Source of the DNA: an uncultured Candidatus Saccharibacteria bacterium
GTDB taxonomy: Bacteria; Patescibacteriota; UBA1384; XYA2-FULL-43-10; 1-14-0-10-43-13
Length of the DNA: 64,000 bases
Reading direction: 5' to 3'
Assembly: GCA_964406145.1 (NCBI GenBank)
Contig: CAYOQP010000001.1
Span: 7,706-71,705 of the forward strand
The notes beneath the pieces are model-generated. The model saw only the letters and a program-made list of their open reading frames with translations. It was not told the DNA's origin and did no database searches. Each line of letters opens with the position of its first letter. The stretch's first letter is position 1. Both the position numbers and the translations under genes were made by a program. Below are positions 39,089 to 49,557 of this stretch, one piece after another.

Positions 39089-40327
39089 TTAAAGACCAGT
39101 CACTATATATTGAATAGCTCGGTCGAATTGTGGATCACTATCTCCACTTTCGGCACTTTTAACTTCAATATCTGGAGTAATTCCTTCACCATTAATAGTG
39201 CGACCATTTGGTGTCAGCCATTTTGCGACCGTTATTTTGACAGCAGATCCATCAGACAGATCAACCAATTCTTGAACGCTGCCCTTGCCAAATGTCTTTT
39301 CACCGATTATCTTAGCACTCTTATGGTCCTGAAGAGCACCACTCATAATCTCTGAGGCAGAAGCGGAGCCACCATTAACTAAAATTACTGTTTTAAAGTT
39401 TTTGAGTCTTGCCTTCTTAGTAACACTAAATTCCTTCTTCTCGCCGCTGCGATCTTGTTCGGCCACAATCGTGCCACCGTCAACAAAATAGCTCGATAAA
39501 TTTATGGCTGTTTCAAAATATCCGCCCGGATCATTTCTAAGGTCGATTACTATACCATCTGGCTTAGAGCTAACAGCTTCATCAACAAATGATTCGAAAA
39601 GCTTGTCGGTGTCATCACCAAATTGTCGAACTTTAACATAAAGTATTTTTTTGCCATTGCTGGTCTTTTCTTCCCAAGTAACACTTTTAACTACAATGGT
39701 GTCTCTAATAACATCAAAATTTAAAAGATCGTCTTTGCCGGCTCTCATGATTTTAATATTAACTGTCGTCCCCTTTTTGCCCCTTATTTTGTCAATAACT
39801 TCATTGAAGCCCAGAGTTGAAGACTTAATACCTTCAACCTCAACAACAACATCTCCGGCTTTAATACCAGCTTTCTCACCAGGTGATTCGGAAAGAGGCG
39901 AAACAACGGTGACTAGACCACTCTTTTGCACTAATTCGACACCGATTCCATCAAATTCGCCCTGAATATCTTCCTTAAATCTTTTGTTGTCTTCTGGAGT
40001 AAAGAAAACAGTGTACGGATCATCCAGCGATGAAAACATGCCCGAGATAGAACCATAGATCATTTTCTGAGTATCGGGCAAAGATACTGAGTCATTCTTT
40101 AATTTATTCCATGCCTCCCAATAAAGAGAGAAGTCTAGATTACTCGGTTTACCGACCTCCGTATTGGTAACGTCTCTGAATCCAACAATACCGATGGATT
40201 TTCCCTTTTGGCCAAGATTGTAACCGAAGACAAAAGTTACGGCCAATGCAAAGACAGAAACCAGAAAAATTATAATTATTTTCGGTAATACTTTTTTAAA
40301 CACAATTAGCGATTTAGGGGCGGACAT
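39089..40327 (-). CDS. ctpA: S41-family C-terminal processing protease
   Basis: LDDPYT, GIG, IDLRNDPGG, SASASEI, TFGKGSVQ. Confidence 0.94.
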   Translation of the reverse strand: MSAPKSLIVFKKVLPKIIIIFLVSVFALAVTFVFGYNLGQKGKSIGIVGFRDVTNTEVGKPSNLDFSLYWEAWNKLKNDSVSLPDTQKMIYGSISGMFSSLDDPYTVFFTPEDNKRFKEDIQGEFDGIGVELVQKSGLVTVVSPLSESPGEKAGIKAGDVVVEVEGIKSSTLGFNEVIDKIRGKKGTTVNIKIMRAGKDDLLNFDVIRDTIVVKSVTWEEKTSNGKKILYVKVRQFGDDTDKLFESFVDEAVSSKPDGIVIDLRNDPGGYFETAINLSSYFVDGGTIVAEQDRSGEKKEFSVTKKARLKNFKTVILVNGGSASASEIMSGALQDHKSAKIIGEKTFGKGSVQELVDLSDGSAVKITVAKWLTPNGRTINGEGITPDIEVKSAESGDSDPQFDRAIQYIVTGL

Positions 40328-40362
40328 CTACCTCCCGGTAATTAAAATTAACAATTATTTTC

Positions 40363-41607
40363 CTAATTTCTAGTAAGCTTCATTGAAATAACATTCGCAA
40401 GATCATAACTACTGTTTCTCCAATATGGATCATGAATCAGATATTTGCCATTTGATAAACCACTGATAACAATGAAGTGATTAGAGCCATCAGCGTTATA
40501 AACCGGTCCAGGAACTTTTACACTAACAATCACAGGACGACCGTTGGCAAGCTCAGTGTTAATAATGCCCCAATCCTTAGGGACAGATCCATTGACGGAA
40601 AAGCCTGGATCACTATTAAACCACAACCAGGAACCACCGGTCGTAAAAGACGATTTTCTAACAATATCGACAGGAGACGAGGTTGTACCATAATATGTTG
40701 CCACCATTGCATAAGAGGTTACCAGACATCCAACCTCTCCAATCGTCATACGCGAAGGTGAAAGATAGGTTCCGCTCCACTGACTATCTATTTGACTGTA
40801 ATACCAACTAAAATCTGGGTCAGTAATAAGTTGAGTGCCCCTTGGCCCACCGCCCGCACCAGAAGTATAGATACTGGCAATAACTTTTCTAAGCTCAGCC
40901 GCTTTTGCTTCAGCTTCAGCCGCTTGGGCATTAAGGCTACTAATCGCACCATTAGTATCAGACAAAAGATGATTTTTAAGAGTTTTCTTGTCTTCAAGAT
41001 AACTCTTTTGCTCGTTCTGAGTCTTTTTTAGATCAGAGAGAGCAGCAAGATTATTTTGTTGTTCAGTTTTTTGATTGCCCAAATCTGCTTTTATTTCTTC
41101 GATCTTATCCATCGCCCCCTTGATCTGCTGGCGAATCGATTCATAATATTGCTGTTGTGTAATAACATCAGAAATATTTTGTGAATCAATCATCGCCTCG
41201 AGTAGTCCTGTCTCCCCCTCCATATACCAAGACGAGATTACCTGACCCATACGATCTTGCTCTTTGACCAGATTGTCCTCTTCGGTTTTTATCGCTATTT
41301 CCAAATCAGCAATAGACTTTTCGGTTGTAGAAATCTGACCCTCGGTTCTAGAAATCGCATTCTCAGTAGAAGAGATGTTTTCTGTTACAGCAGTAATTTG
41401 TTGTTGTATCTGTTGAGCTTGTTGTTGTTTTAGAGCCGCTTGCTGTCTGGCCTGTTCGGCTAATCTTTTTTGATAATCAAGCTGAGCTTGATATTGAGCA
41501 GCGGTGAGAGCAAGTGCTGGCATCGCTGGCATGAAAGACAGAGAAAATATCATCGACAGGCCGATGAATGCTTTAAGGAAAAAGCTAATTTTCGCATTAT
41601 ATTTCAT
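40363..41607 (-). CDS. Secreted coiled-coil protein with C-terminal C39-like (papain-fold) peptidase; PcsB/CwlO-like architecture
   Basis: Signal peptide, long coiled coil, YYSQ.D..W, GCLVTSYAM, HFIVI, IHDP. Confidence 0.8.
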   Translation of the reverse strand: MKYNAKISFFLKAFIGLSMIFSLSFMPAMPALALTAAQYQAQLDYQKRLAEQARQQAALKQQQAQQIQQQITAVTENISSTENAISRTEGQISTTEKSIADLEIAIKTEEDNLVKEQDRMGQVISSWYMEGETGLLEAMIDSQNISDVITQQQYYESIRQQIKGAMDKIEEIKADLGNQKTEQQNNLAALSDLKKTQNEQKSYLEDKKTLKNHLLSDTNGAISSLNAQAAEAEAKAAELRKVIASIYTSGAGGGPRGTQLITDPDFSWYYSQIDSQWSGTYLSPSRMTIGEVGCLVTSYAMVATYYGTTSSPVDIVRKSSFTTGGSWLWFNSDPGFSVNGSVPKDWGIINTELANGRPVIVSVKVPGPVYNADGSNHFIVISGLSNGKYLIHDPYWRNSSYDLANVISMKLTRN

Positions 41608-41608
41608 A

Positions 41609-42526
41609 CTATTTAAGATGTTTCTTGACGGCAAAGACTGAGCAAACCGTGCCCAAAACTATGCCGATCACCAATTGACTAAAAACTATCAGTGATAAAC
41701 CAATATTGGAGTAAAAAGCTCCCTCATTGCTAATGCCAAGATAGTTTCCAGCAGCTGGCAAGGAATATCTGAAAGCAAAGAAAAGTATTATCGAAGAGAC
41801 AATTGAGGCTAGAAAACCATAAGCCACCCCTTCAAGAACAAACGGCCCCTGAACGTACGCATCAGACGCTCCGACTAGATTCATTATCTCTATCTCGTTC
41901 GATCGAGCATAGATAGTCAATCTAATCGTGTTATAAATAATAAGAATTGAGACAATGACAAATATCCCCGAAAGTGCCCAGCCAACATATTTGATGAATG
42001 AAGTAATCTTCATCAATTTATCAATACGATCTTTGTTTTTCTGATAGCTGATTTCACGAATAAGTGGCTTATAGTCGTCAGAACTCAAAAAAGTGTTAAC
42101 ACCTTCAATATCTTCGGGGTGCTCAGTCTTGATCTCCAGGCTTCTTGGTAGAGGATTGTAGACATCGGTAATTATACCTGCCAAACCTTCATCACCAACA
42201 TTTCGTTCTCGCCAACGTTTTAAAGCTTCTTCTTTGGAAATATAATCAACTTTCTTAATATCAGACCTCTCGTGCAAAACATTTTCAATCGCCAAAATCT
42301 GATCTTTAGAGGCAGTGTCATTGAAATATACCGCAATATCAACTTTGCTTCTTAATAATTCTGTCGTCGAATTTACCATAATAAGAAGACTAGCGAAAAA
42401 AGAGATAGTAAATAGTGTCAAAGTCATAACTAAGGTTGCCGCTAACGACAATCCCCTGTTTCTCCAAAGAGAGTTAGCGGCGGTTCTAGCAATTCTTGTT
42501 AAGGTTGTGAAAAATTGAAAATTCAT
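41609..42526 (-). CDS. ftsX: Cell division permease FtsX
   Basis: SKEEAL, NPLP, NTIRLTIYAR..EIEIM.LVGAS, PFVLEG. Confidence 0.95.
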   Translation of the reverse strand: MNFQFFTTLTRIARTAANSLWRNRGLSLAATLVMTLTLFTISFFASLLIMVNSTTELLRSKVDIAVYFNDTASKDQILAIENVLHERSDIKKVDYISKEEALKRWRERNVGDEGLAGIITDVYNPLPRSLEIKTEHPEDIEGVNTFLSSDDYKPLIREISYQKNKDRIDKLMKITSFIKYVGWALSGIFVIVSILIIYNTIRLTIYARSNEIEIMNLVGASDAYVQGPFVLEGVAYGFLASIVSSIILFFAFRYSLPAAGNYLGISNEGAFYSNIGLSLIVFSQLVIGIVLGTVCSVFAVKKHLK

Positions 42527-43326
42527 AGCGTATACTTGCCTTTCAATTGATCAGAGACAATTTTTCCATCTTTCATGCTGATAACTCGACGTTGAAGCGT
42601 GTCGACAACTTCCTTATCGTGGGTTGCTAAAATTACTATCGTACCCTGCTTATTGATCTTGAAAAGTAGCTCGATAATTTCCCAGGTCGAAACCGGATCA
42701 AGATTTCCCGTCGGCTCGTCAGCTATTAAAAGCTTGGGGTTGTGGACCAGCGCTCTGGCAATAGAAACACGCTGTTTCTCGCCGCCAGATAGTTCCTCGG
42801 TAAAGGCAAAGGCTCGACTGGTAAGGCCAACAAGATCAATAATTTTGGGTACCTTGTCTTTGATTTCGCTGTTTGTGGCATCACATACCTCGAGGGCAAA
42901 TGCAATGTTCTCGTAAACGGTCTTTCTGGGGAGAAGTTTGAAATCTTGGAAGATGACACCGACCTTACGACGAAAGAATGGCAGCTCTTTCTTTTTGAGC
43001 TGAGATATATTCCTACCGGCAACTAAAATTTTGCCCGAAGTCGGACTTTCTTCGCATGTTAGAAGCTTGACTAAAGTAGATTTCCCGGCCCCAGATGGGC
43101 CAACAAGAGAAATAAATTCACCAATCGAAACATTGAAAGAAACATCGTGCACAGCTTCGACAGCAGCAGAATATTTCTTAGAGACTTCTTTAAATTCAAT
43201 CACAATATCGGAAGAGGAATCCTTTTCGTCCTCCTTTTTTTCCGTTTTGACATTATCCTCTGCTATTTCCGGTTCAATGTGCTCGGAATCTTTTTTGTTT
43301 TTGTCTTTTAACTCTATATCACTCAT
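42523..43326 (-). CDS. ftsE: Cell division ATP-binding protein FtsE
   Basis: GPSGAGKST, FQDFKLL, LSGGEKQR, ADEPTGNLDP; overlaps ftsX. Confidence 0.95.
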   Translation of the reverse strand: MSDIELKDKNKKDSEHIEPEIAEDNVKTEKKEDEKDSSSDIVIEFKEVSKKYSAAVEAVHDVSFNVSIGEFISLVGPSGAGKSTLVKLLTCEESPTSGKILVAGRNISQLKKKELPFFRRKVGVIFQDFKLLPRKTVYENIAFALEVCDATNSEIKDKVPKIIDLVGLTSRAFAFTEELSGGEKQRVSIARALVHNPKLLIADEPTGNLDPVSTWEIIELLFKINKQGTIVILATHDKEVVDTLQRRVISMKDGKIVSDQLKGKYTL

Positions 43327-43379
43327 CTTTTTTTATAAGCACCAATTAAAAACATTGTCTAAACTTGGACTATTATATT

Positions 43380-44939
43380 TTATATCATTGCCACCGTTAA
43401 ATCCATCCCGGTCATCTCCGCTGATTTCTCCAAACCAAGATTAGCCAGCACCGACGGAGCTACATCAGCTAGAACTCCAATCGGAGTTCCAATCGCATAT
43501 TGAATATAATCAGCTTGAGCCAAAGCAGTTTCGGTAAACTGATAAGGCTTTTTTTCAAAATCCAAAAAAACAAAGGGTACAGGATTACAGGTGTGTTCTT
43601 TGTTTGGCTCACCTGAATCATCTATCATATATTCGCAGTTTCCATGATCTGCAGTCAGAATTACCTTGTAAGCTTTTTCTGAAGCGATAGGCAAAATCTC
43701 CGCTAAACAGCTATCGAGAGCTTCGCAAGCCTTAATTGCCGATTCTAAAACTCCAGTATGGCCAACCATGTCACCATTAGCAAAATTAACCACTATAAAA
43801 TTAACCTCTTTATTAATCGCACCGATGACTTCCTTTGTCACCTGAGGCGCTGACATTTCTGGAATCTTGTCATAAGTTGGCGACTTTCTCGACGGCACGA
43901 CTATATCTTTTTCGCCTGGGAATAATTCTTCCCGTCCTGCTTTGAAGAAATAAGTCACATGAGCGTATTTCTCAGTCTCAGCGGTGTGTAATTGGGTCAT
44001 ATTCTTATTTGATACAATTTCAGAAAGAGTATTTTTGGCTTCTGTGGGCTCAAATATCACTAATGCTTTTTGCCCTTTTTCATACTCTGTCATCGTTGCA
44101 ATTGTCAAATTATCCGGGATCTTAGAATTCATCGCCCCAGTAAAAAGAGATAGCATCTGACGCGAGCGATCACTTCGATGATTGAAAAATATAACACTAT
44201 CGTTCTCTTTGACTACACCACCTTCACCAATAACTGATGGCTCAATATTTTCATCATTCTTGCCATTTTTATAATTAGCCTGAAGCGCCGCTTTGGCATC
44301 TGGATACTTTTCTCCAACATTTTCGACAAATAGATCGAAGGCTTTCTTTTCTCTGTCCCAGTTCTTATCACGATCCATTGAAAAATATCTTCCTATCATC
44401 GTGGCAATTTTGCCGATACCAAACTTCTTGAAAGCTGCCTCTAATTGATCGACGAAACCCTCTGCTACTTGCGCCCCAGTGTCACGGCCATCAGAAATAA
44501 AGTGGATATAAACATTCTTAACATTGTTCTTTGCTGCTGCCTCGATTAAGGCAAAAACGTGACGTATGTGCGAATGAACTCCACCATCAGAAATAAGGCC
44601 AATTAAGTGAAGATTGGAATCATTCTTTTTAGTTTTTTCAAATAGTTCAACAAGCGCCTTTTTATTGGCAAAGTCTCCAGATTGAATTGATTGATCAATC
44701 AGGGGTAAATTTTCCCAAATAACTCTGCCCGATCCTAAGCTCAAATGACCAACCTCTGAGTTGCCCGGTTCGCCTTCGCTCAAACCAACCTCTAAACCAG
44801 AGGCGGTGATGGAAGTTTTGGGGTAATTGGAATAGACAAAATCTAACGTTGGAGTCTTGGCCAAAAGTGGAGCATTACCTTTCTCCTGTCCAGACAACCC
44901 AATACCGTCAAGTATCACAAGTAAAACCTTATTAGACAC
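43380..44939 (-). CDS. gpmI: 2,3-BPG-independent phosphoglycerate mutase
   Basis: GNSEVGH, SDGGVHSH, AETEKYAHVT, DMVGHTG, TADHGN. Confidence 0.96.
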   Translation of the reverse strand: MSNKVLLVILDGIGLSGQEKGNAPLLAKTPTLDFVYSNYPKTSITASGLEVGLSEGEPGNSEVGHLSLGSGRVIWENLPLIDQSIQSGDFANKKALVELFEKTKKNDSNLHLIGLISDGGVHSHIRHVFALIEAAAKNNVKNVYIHFISDGRDTGAQVAEGFVDQLEAAFKKFGIGKIATMIGRYFSMDRDKNWDREKKAFDLFVENVGEKYPDAKAALQANYKNGKNDENIEPSVIGEGGVVKENDSVIFFNHRSDRSRQMLSLFTGAMNSKIPDNLTIATMTEYEKGQKALVIFEPTEAKNTLSEIVSNKNMTQLHTAETEKYAHVTYFFKAGREELFPGEKDIVVPSRKSPTYDKIPEMSAPQVTKEVIGAINKEVNFIVVNFANGDMVGHTGVLESAIKACEALDSCLAEILPIASEKAYKVILTADHGNCEYMIDDSGEPNKEHTCNPVPFVFLDFEKKPYQFTETALAQADYIQYAIGTPIGVLADVAPSVLANLGLEKSAEMTGMDLTVAMI

Positions 44940-45019
44940 TTTTCCTCCGACATTAAAAGTTTCTTCTATTATACCATTGCAACAAAGAGTTCAAAATACA
45001 CAAACAAAACAAGAGATGT

Positions 45020-47731
45020 TTATTTACCGCAACATTTCTTATATTTCTTGCCACTACCACACGGGCAAGGATCGTTGCGGCCAACTTTTGGAGATGATTT
45101 GACTTGTGAGGCAACTCCGGTTCGAGATTCTTTCATACGATCAAATACTGTCTTGCCGCGCTCAACCACCGTAACACTCTCGGTGCCTGGATGAATTTTA
45201 TTAGACTCAGCCAACATTTTTTGTTCGACAGCCAATTGTTCCTTTTGGCTTTCGAAGCTACCAACTGAGTCAGCGTCCGGCTTAGAATAATCGACTGTTT
45301 GAGGCTTTTGCACCGGAGTTTGTCTAGCAATTTCGACCTCAACCTTGTAAATCGTTCTAACGATATTGGCTTCAATATTTTTAAGCAAACTTTCAAACAT
45401 CTTGTAAGCTTCGTGTTTGTATTCAACCAAAGGATCTCTCTGACCATATCCGCGAAGCCCAATACCGGCACGAAGCTCATCAATGGTTGTCAGGTGCTCA
45501 ATCCAAAGCATATCGATCGTTCTCAAATAAACCATCTTTTCAGCTTGACGCATAACTTTGGACGAATATTTTTTCTCACGATCTTCGTAAATCTTTTTAG
45601 CTAATTCTTTGGCCGAATCGGCATCATCAATCTTCTGACCAAAATCACCTAAAATAGCCTTGAGCTCGATATTTATCTTTTCTAGGTCTTCCTGATATAC
45701 CAAGAAAATATTGTCGATATCTTCCTCAATCATCGCCAGGATTTCTTCTTTGAGATTAGAGTCACCGATATTTCCGTCCTCAGTCATCTCTAATATGCGA
45801 CGTCGTTTGCGATAAATAACCTCTCGATGTTTATTCATTACATCGTCGTATTCAACTAAATGTTTTCTGGTATCAAAGTTATATCCCTCTACTCGTCTCT
45901 GAGCCGATTCGATGGATCTGGAAATCATTTTGTTCTCTATTGGCATATCATCTGGCAACCCCAAAGAATTCATTAGATTTCTAAGTCTTTCGCCGCCGAA
46001 TATTCTCATTAAATCGTCATCCAAAGAGACAAAGAATTGAGACGCACCCGGATCACCCTGGCGACCGGCTCGACCACGAAGCTGATTATCAATTCTTCTG
46101 GCTTCGTGCCTCTCAGTGCCCAAAACAAACAACCCACCAAGTCCTCTAACCTTGTCATCGAGTCGAATATCAGTTCCGCGACCAGCCATATTAGTAGCAA
46201 CAGTCACCGCACCAGTGAAGCCTGCCTTAGCGATGATCTTGGCCTCGCGCTCATGATGCTTGGCATTCAAAACCTCGTGTTTGACACCTGCCTTCTTGAG
46301 CTTTTTTGATAAAACTTCATTTTTAGAGACAGAAACAGTACCAATTAAGATCGGCTGACCCTTTTCGCTTCTCTCTTTGACTTCAGCCACAATCGCATCT
46401 AGCTTTGCCTCATCAGACTTATAAATTCTGTCTGGCAAATCGCGTCGCAGAACATTTTTATTCGTCGGAATCTCGACGACATCAAGTTTATAAATTTTAT
46501 AAAATTCCTCAGCTTCAGTCGCTGCTGTACCGGTCATACCAGCCAACTTTCGATACATTCTAAAAAGATTTTGAAAGGAAATAGTCGCTAAAGTCTGAGA
46601 TTCTTGTTTGACCTCGACGCCCTCCTTGGCCTCAATCGCCTGATGGAGCCCCTCGGAATAACGACGTCCCACCATCAATCGCCCCGTAAACTCATCAACT
46701 ATAATAATCTCTCCTTCGCGAACAACATAGTCTCGATCCTTTTTGAAAAGTGCATGCGCTTTGAGCGCCTGCTCCAGATGATGAACCATAGTAATGCCAC
46801 CGACCGCATAAATATTGTCGACATGGAGTAACTTCTCCATCTCGGCAATTCCCTGATCAGTCAAGGTCACAGCTCGATCTTTTTCGTCCAGAACATAGTC
46901 AATATCAATCTTGAGCCGTGGTACTAATGCGGCAAATTGCTGATACATAGCGCCAGATTCTTCAGCCGGAGAGGAGATGATGAGTGGGGTCCTAGCCTCA
47001 TCAATCAAAATTGAGTCAACCTCATCAACGATGGCAAAGTTTAGCTCTCTTTGCGAACATTGCTCGAGTGTCGGCGCCATATTGTCGCGAAGATAATCAA
47101 AACCGTATTCATTGTTCGTACCGTATGTAATATCACAAGCATAAGCGTCTTTTCTGGAACATGGCTCAAGATTCAATCCTTCACATTCAGAATAATGTTT
47201 GTAGTTTTCTTTCTTAACGAAGCGGAAAGTTTCCTGATTGCTCTGAATTATTCCTGTCGATAATCCCAAAAAATTAAAAACTTCACCCATGCCTTCGCCC
47301 TGATGTTTCGAAAGATAGTCATTGACCGTCACCAGATGGGCACCCCTGCCAGAAAGTGCATTTAGGTAAAGTGGCAAAGTCGCAACAATAGTTTTACCTT
47401 CACCAGTTTTCATTTCGGCAATCTTACCCTGATGTAGGACCAGTCCACCAATAAGCTGAACATCAAAATGACGCTCATTCCAAACCCTTTTCATCGCCTC
47501 TCGCACGACGGCAAATGCTTCCGGAGTGATTGATTCGATAATTGATTTTTCCTGTTCAATATCTCCACCTGCTTTGGCGATTTCCTTCTTAAAATCTGAG
47601 GTTTTTTCCCTAAGCTCAGAATCACTCAATTTTTGCAATGCCGCTTCATGACCATTAATATCGGCGACAATCTTTTCTAAAGAAGAAATGACTCGCTTAC
47701 TTGGGTTGTAGATTAAATCCAGAATACTCAT
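45020..47731 (-). CDS. secA: Preprotein translocase SecA
   Basis: EMKTGEGKT, DEVDSILIDEARTPL, ATNMAGRGTDI, C-terminal SEC-C motif. Confidence 0.99.
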   Translation of the reverse strand: MSILDLIYNPSKRVISSLEKIVADINGHEAALQKLSDSELREKTSDFKKEIAKAGGDIEQEKSIIESITPEAFAVVREAMKRVWNERHFDVQLIGGLVLHQGKIAEMKTGEGKTIVATLPLYLNALSGRGAHLVTVNDYLSKHQGEGMGEVFNFLGLSTGIIQSNQETFRFVKKENYKHYSECEGLNLEPCSRKDAYACDITYGTNNEYGFDYLRDNMAPTLEQCSQRELNFAIVDEVDSILIDEARTPLIISSPAEESGAMYQQFAALVPRLKIDIDYVLDEKDRAVTLTDQGIAEMEKLLHVDNIYAVGGITMVHHLEQALKAHALFKKDRDYVVREGEIIIVDEFTGRLMVGRRYSEGLHQAIEAKEGVEVKQESQTLATISFQNLFRMYRKLAGMTGTAATEAEEFYKIYKLDVVEIPTNKNVLRRDLPDRIYKSDEAKLDAIVAEVKERSEKGQPILIGTVSVSKNEVLSKKLKKAGVKHEVLNAKHHEREAKIIAKAGFTGAVTVATNMAGRGTDIRLDDKVRGLGGLFVLGTERHEARRIDNQLRGRAGRQGDPGASQFFVSLDDDLMRIFGGERLRNLMNSLGLPDDMPIENKMISRSIESAQRRVEGYNFDTRKHLVEYDDVMNKHREVIYRKRRRILEMTEDGNIGDSNLKEEILAMIEEDIDNIFLVYQEDLEKINIELKAILGDFGQKIDDADSAKELAKKIYEDREKKYSSKVMRQAEKMVYLRTIDMLWIEHLTTIDELRAGIGLRGYGQRDPLVEYKHEAYKMFESLLKNIEANIVRTIYKVEVEIARQTPVQKPQTVDYSKPDADSVGSFESQKEQLAVEQKMLAESNKIHPGTESVTVVERGKTVFDRMKESRTGVASQVKSSPKVGRNDPCPCGSGKKYKKCCGK

Positions 47732-47821
47732 ATATTTCCTAACTACAAAATAATAAGATATGTTTACTCACATCTGATATTATCATTATGCTTTTGCGAA
47801 TACAATCAATAAGAATATGGC

Positions 47822-48190
47822 CTATTTTTTGATTCTTAAGGCACGGAGCGCTCTAGAAACGTAATCCTCTGTCCCTTCGTGAGATTTGTCAATTCTTTTC
47901 TTGTGAAATCGACTTAAGTTGCGCTCAAGTGACTTGTAAGCGATGGCAAATGCTCTCATTAGACGATCATCAACTTCTCTGACAAAAATCTTTTCCTTGC
48001 CGAAAGTAGTTGCGAGCTCAACTGCTTGATCCATGCCGCCCTTCTCTGGACTTGTCTCGTCTTTGAAATAAACGTCAATTATCATTGGCTCATCTTTGAG
48101 ATAGCGTTTTAGCTTCATCAACTTTTTCTCAAAAAAAGACTTTTGCTTCGCTGAAATTACAATATTTTTAATGTGAAATTCAATTTTCAT
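47822..48190 (-). CDS. hpf: Ribosome hibernation factor HPF/RaiA-like, short form
   Basis: MKIEFHIKNI...EKKL.KL pattern; upstream of secA as in the usual hpf-secA synteny. Confidence 0.7.
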   Translation of the reverse strand: MKIEFHIKNIVISAKQKSFFEKKLMKLKRYLKDEPMIIDVYFKDETSPEKGGMDQAVELATTFGKEKIFVREVDDRLMRAFAIAYKSLERNLSRFHKKRIDKSHEGTEDYVSRALRALRIKK

Positions 48191-48300
48191 TTCGCCTCCT
48201 AATTTTATTAATTATTTTCCACGGCATAGAACACAAACCAAGCAGGACTCCCTCAAAATCCCACTTTTCTTAATTTTAGTCTGTCTATACACTATAGAAA

Positions 48301-49557
48301 TTACCTCTTAATTTCCTTAAAACCGGTATATTTTTGCAATACTTTTGGTACGACAATAGAGCCGTCTTTTTGCTGATAATTTTCCAGAATGGCAATAAGT
48401 GGTCGATCAGAAAAGGCTGTGCCGTTAAGAGTATAAACAAAGTCAACCTTGCCACTCTTGGTCTTGTATCTAATATTTAGACGTCTAGACTGGAAATCAG
48501 TACAATTTGAACAGGAATGAGTCTCGCGATAATTATTTTCACCCGGCATCCAAGCCTCAATATCAAATTTTTTGGCCGCTGACGCGCCAAGATCACCAGC
48601 GCAAATATTGATAACCTGATAAGGAATTTTTAGAGCTGTCATCATCTTCTCCTCGAGAGAGACGAGATATTCATGTTCCTTTTCGGCGTCTTCTGGCTTA
48701 ACATACGAAAACATTTCGACTTTGTTAAATTGATGAGCCCTCAATATTCCACGTACATCTTTGCCATGACTTCCAGCTTCACGCCTAAAACAGGTCGAAA
48801 CTGCAACATATCGCAGAGGCAAAGTCTTCTCGTCCAATATCTCATCCATATGGTATCCGGCCAGCGGTTGTTCAGCGGTGCCAGCCAAATAAGAATCGTC
48901 TTGTGAGCGATAAATCTCATCTTCGCCACCAGGAATATAGCCAGCACCTTCCATAATTTTACGACCCAAAAGGATCGGCGGAATCATCGGAATAAAGCCC
49001 TCAGCTATCAAAAAATCAAAGGCAAAACGGAAAAGTGATTGCTCAAGAATGACTAATTCATTCTTCAAATAATAAAAACGTGAACCAGAAATCTTACCAG
49101 CTCGCTCAATATCAATAAGGTCCAGCTTCTGACCAAGATCAACGTGATCAAGCGGTGAAAAATCAAATTTGGTCGGCTTTCCAACTTTGCGATTGACAGT
49201 ATTATCCTTATCCGATTCTCCGTCTATAACACTCTCAAGCGGTGGATTGGGAATATCAATCATTACTTTTCTGTATTCAGAATTGACTTTATCTAGCTCA
49301 GGTTTAATCTGTTTAATTTTTTCGGAATATTCGCTTGCTTCATTGATAGCGTCAATTTTCTGTTGACCATGAAACATAGCAATTTCTTTAGAACGAGTAT
49401 TTAATTCGCTCTGGAAATCTTCAACTTTAGAAATAAGTTCTCTTCTGCGCTCATCTAATTCCAAAAGTTCATCGACAAGTGCCGGCTCAGCACCCTTGCG
49501 GGCAATCGCCTTCTTGATCTCTTCAGGTTTTTCTCTGATTTGTTTAATATCTAGCAT
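48301..49557 (-). CDS. serS: Serine--tRNA ligase
   Basis: MLDIK, GTAEQP, CFRREAG, HQFNKVE, SCSNCTDFQSRR. Confidence 0.98.
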   Translation of the reverse strand: MLDIKQIREKPEEIKKAIARKGAEPALVDELLELDERRRELISKVEDFQSELNTRSKEIAMFHGQQKIDAINEASEYSEKIKQIKPELDKVNSEYRKVMIDIPNPPLESVIDGESDKDNTVNRKVGKPTKFDFSPLDHVDLGQKLDLIDIERAGKISGSRFYYLKNELVILEQSLFRFAFDFLIAEGFIPMIPPILLGRKIMEGAGYIPGGEDEIYRSQDDSYLAGTAEQPLAGYHMDEILDEKTLPLRYVAVSTCFRREAGSHGKDVRGILRAHQFNKVEMFSYVKPEDAEKEHEYLVSLEEKMMTALKIPYQVINICAGDLGASAAKKFDIEAWMPGENNYRETHSCSNCTDFQSRRLNIRYKTKSGKVDFVYTLNGTAFSDRPLIAILENYQQKDGSIVVPKVLQKYTGFKEIKR

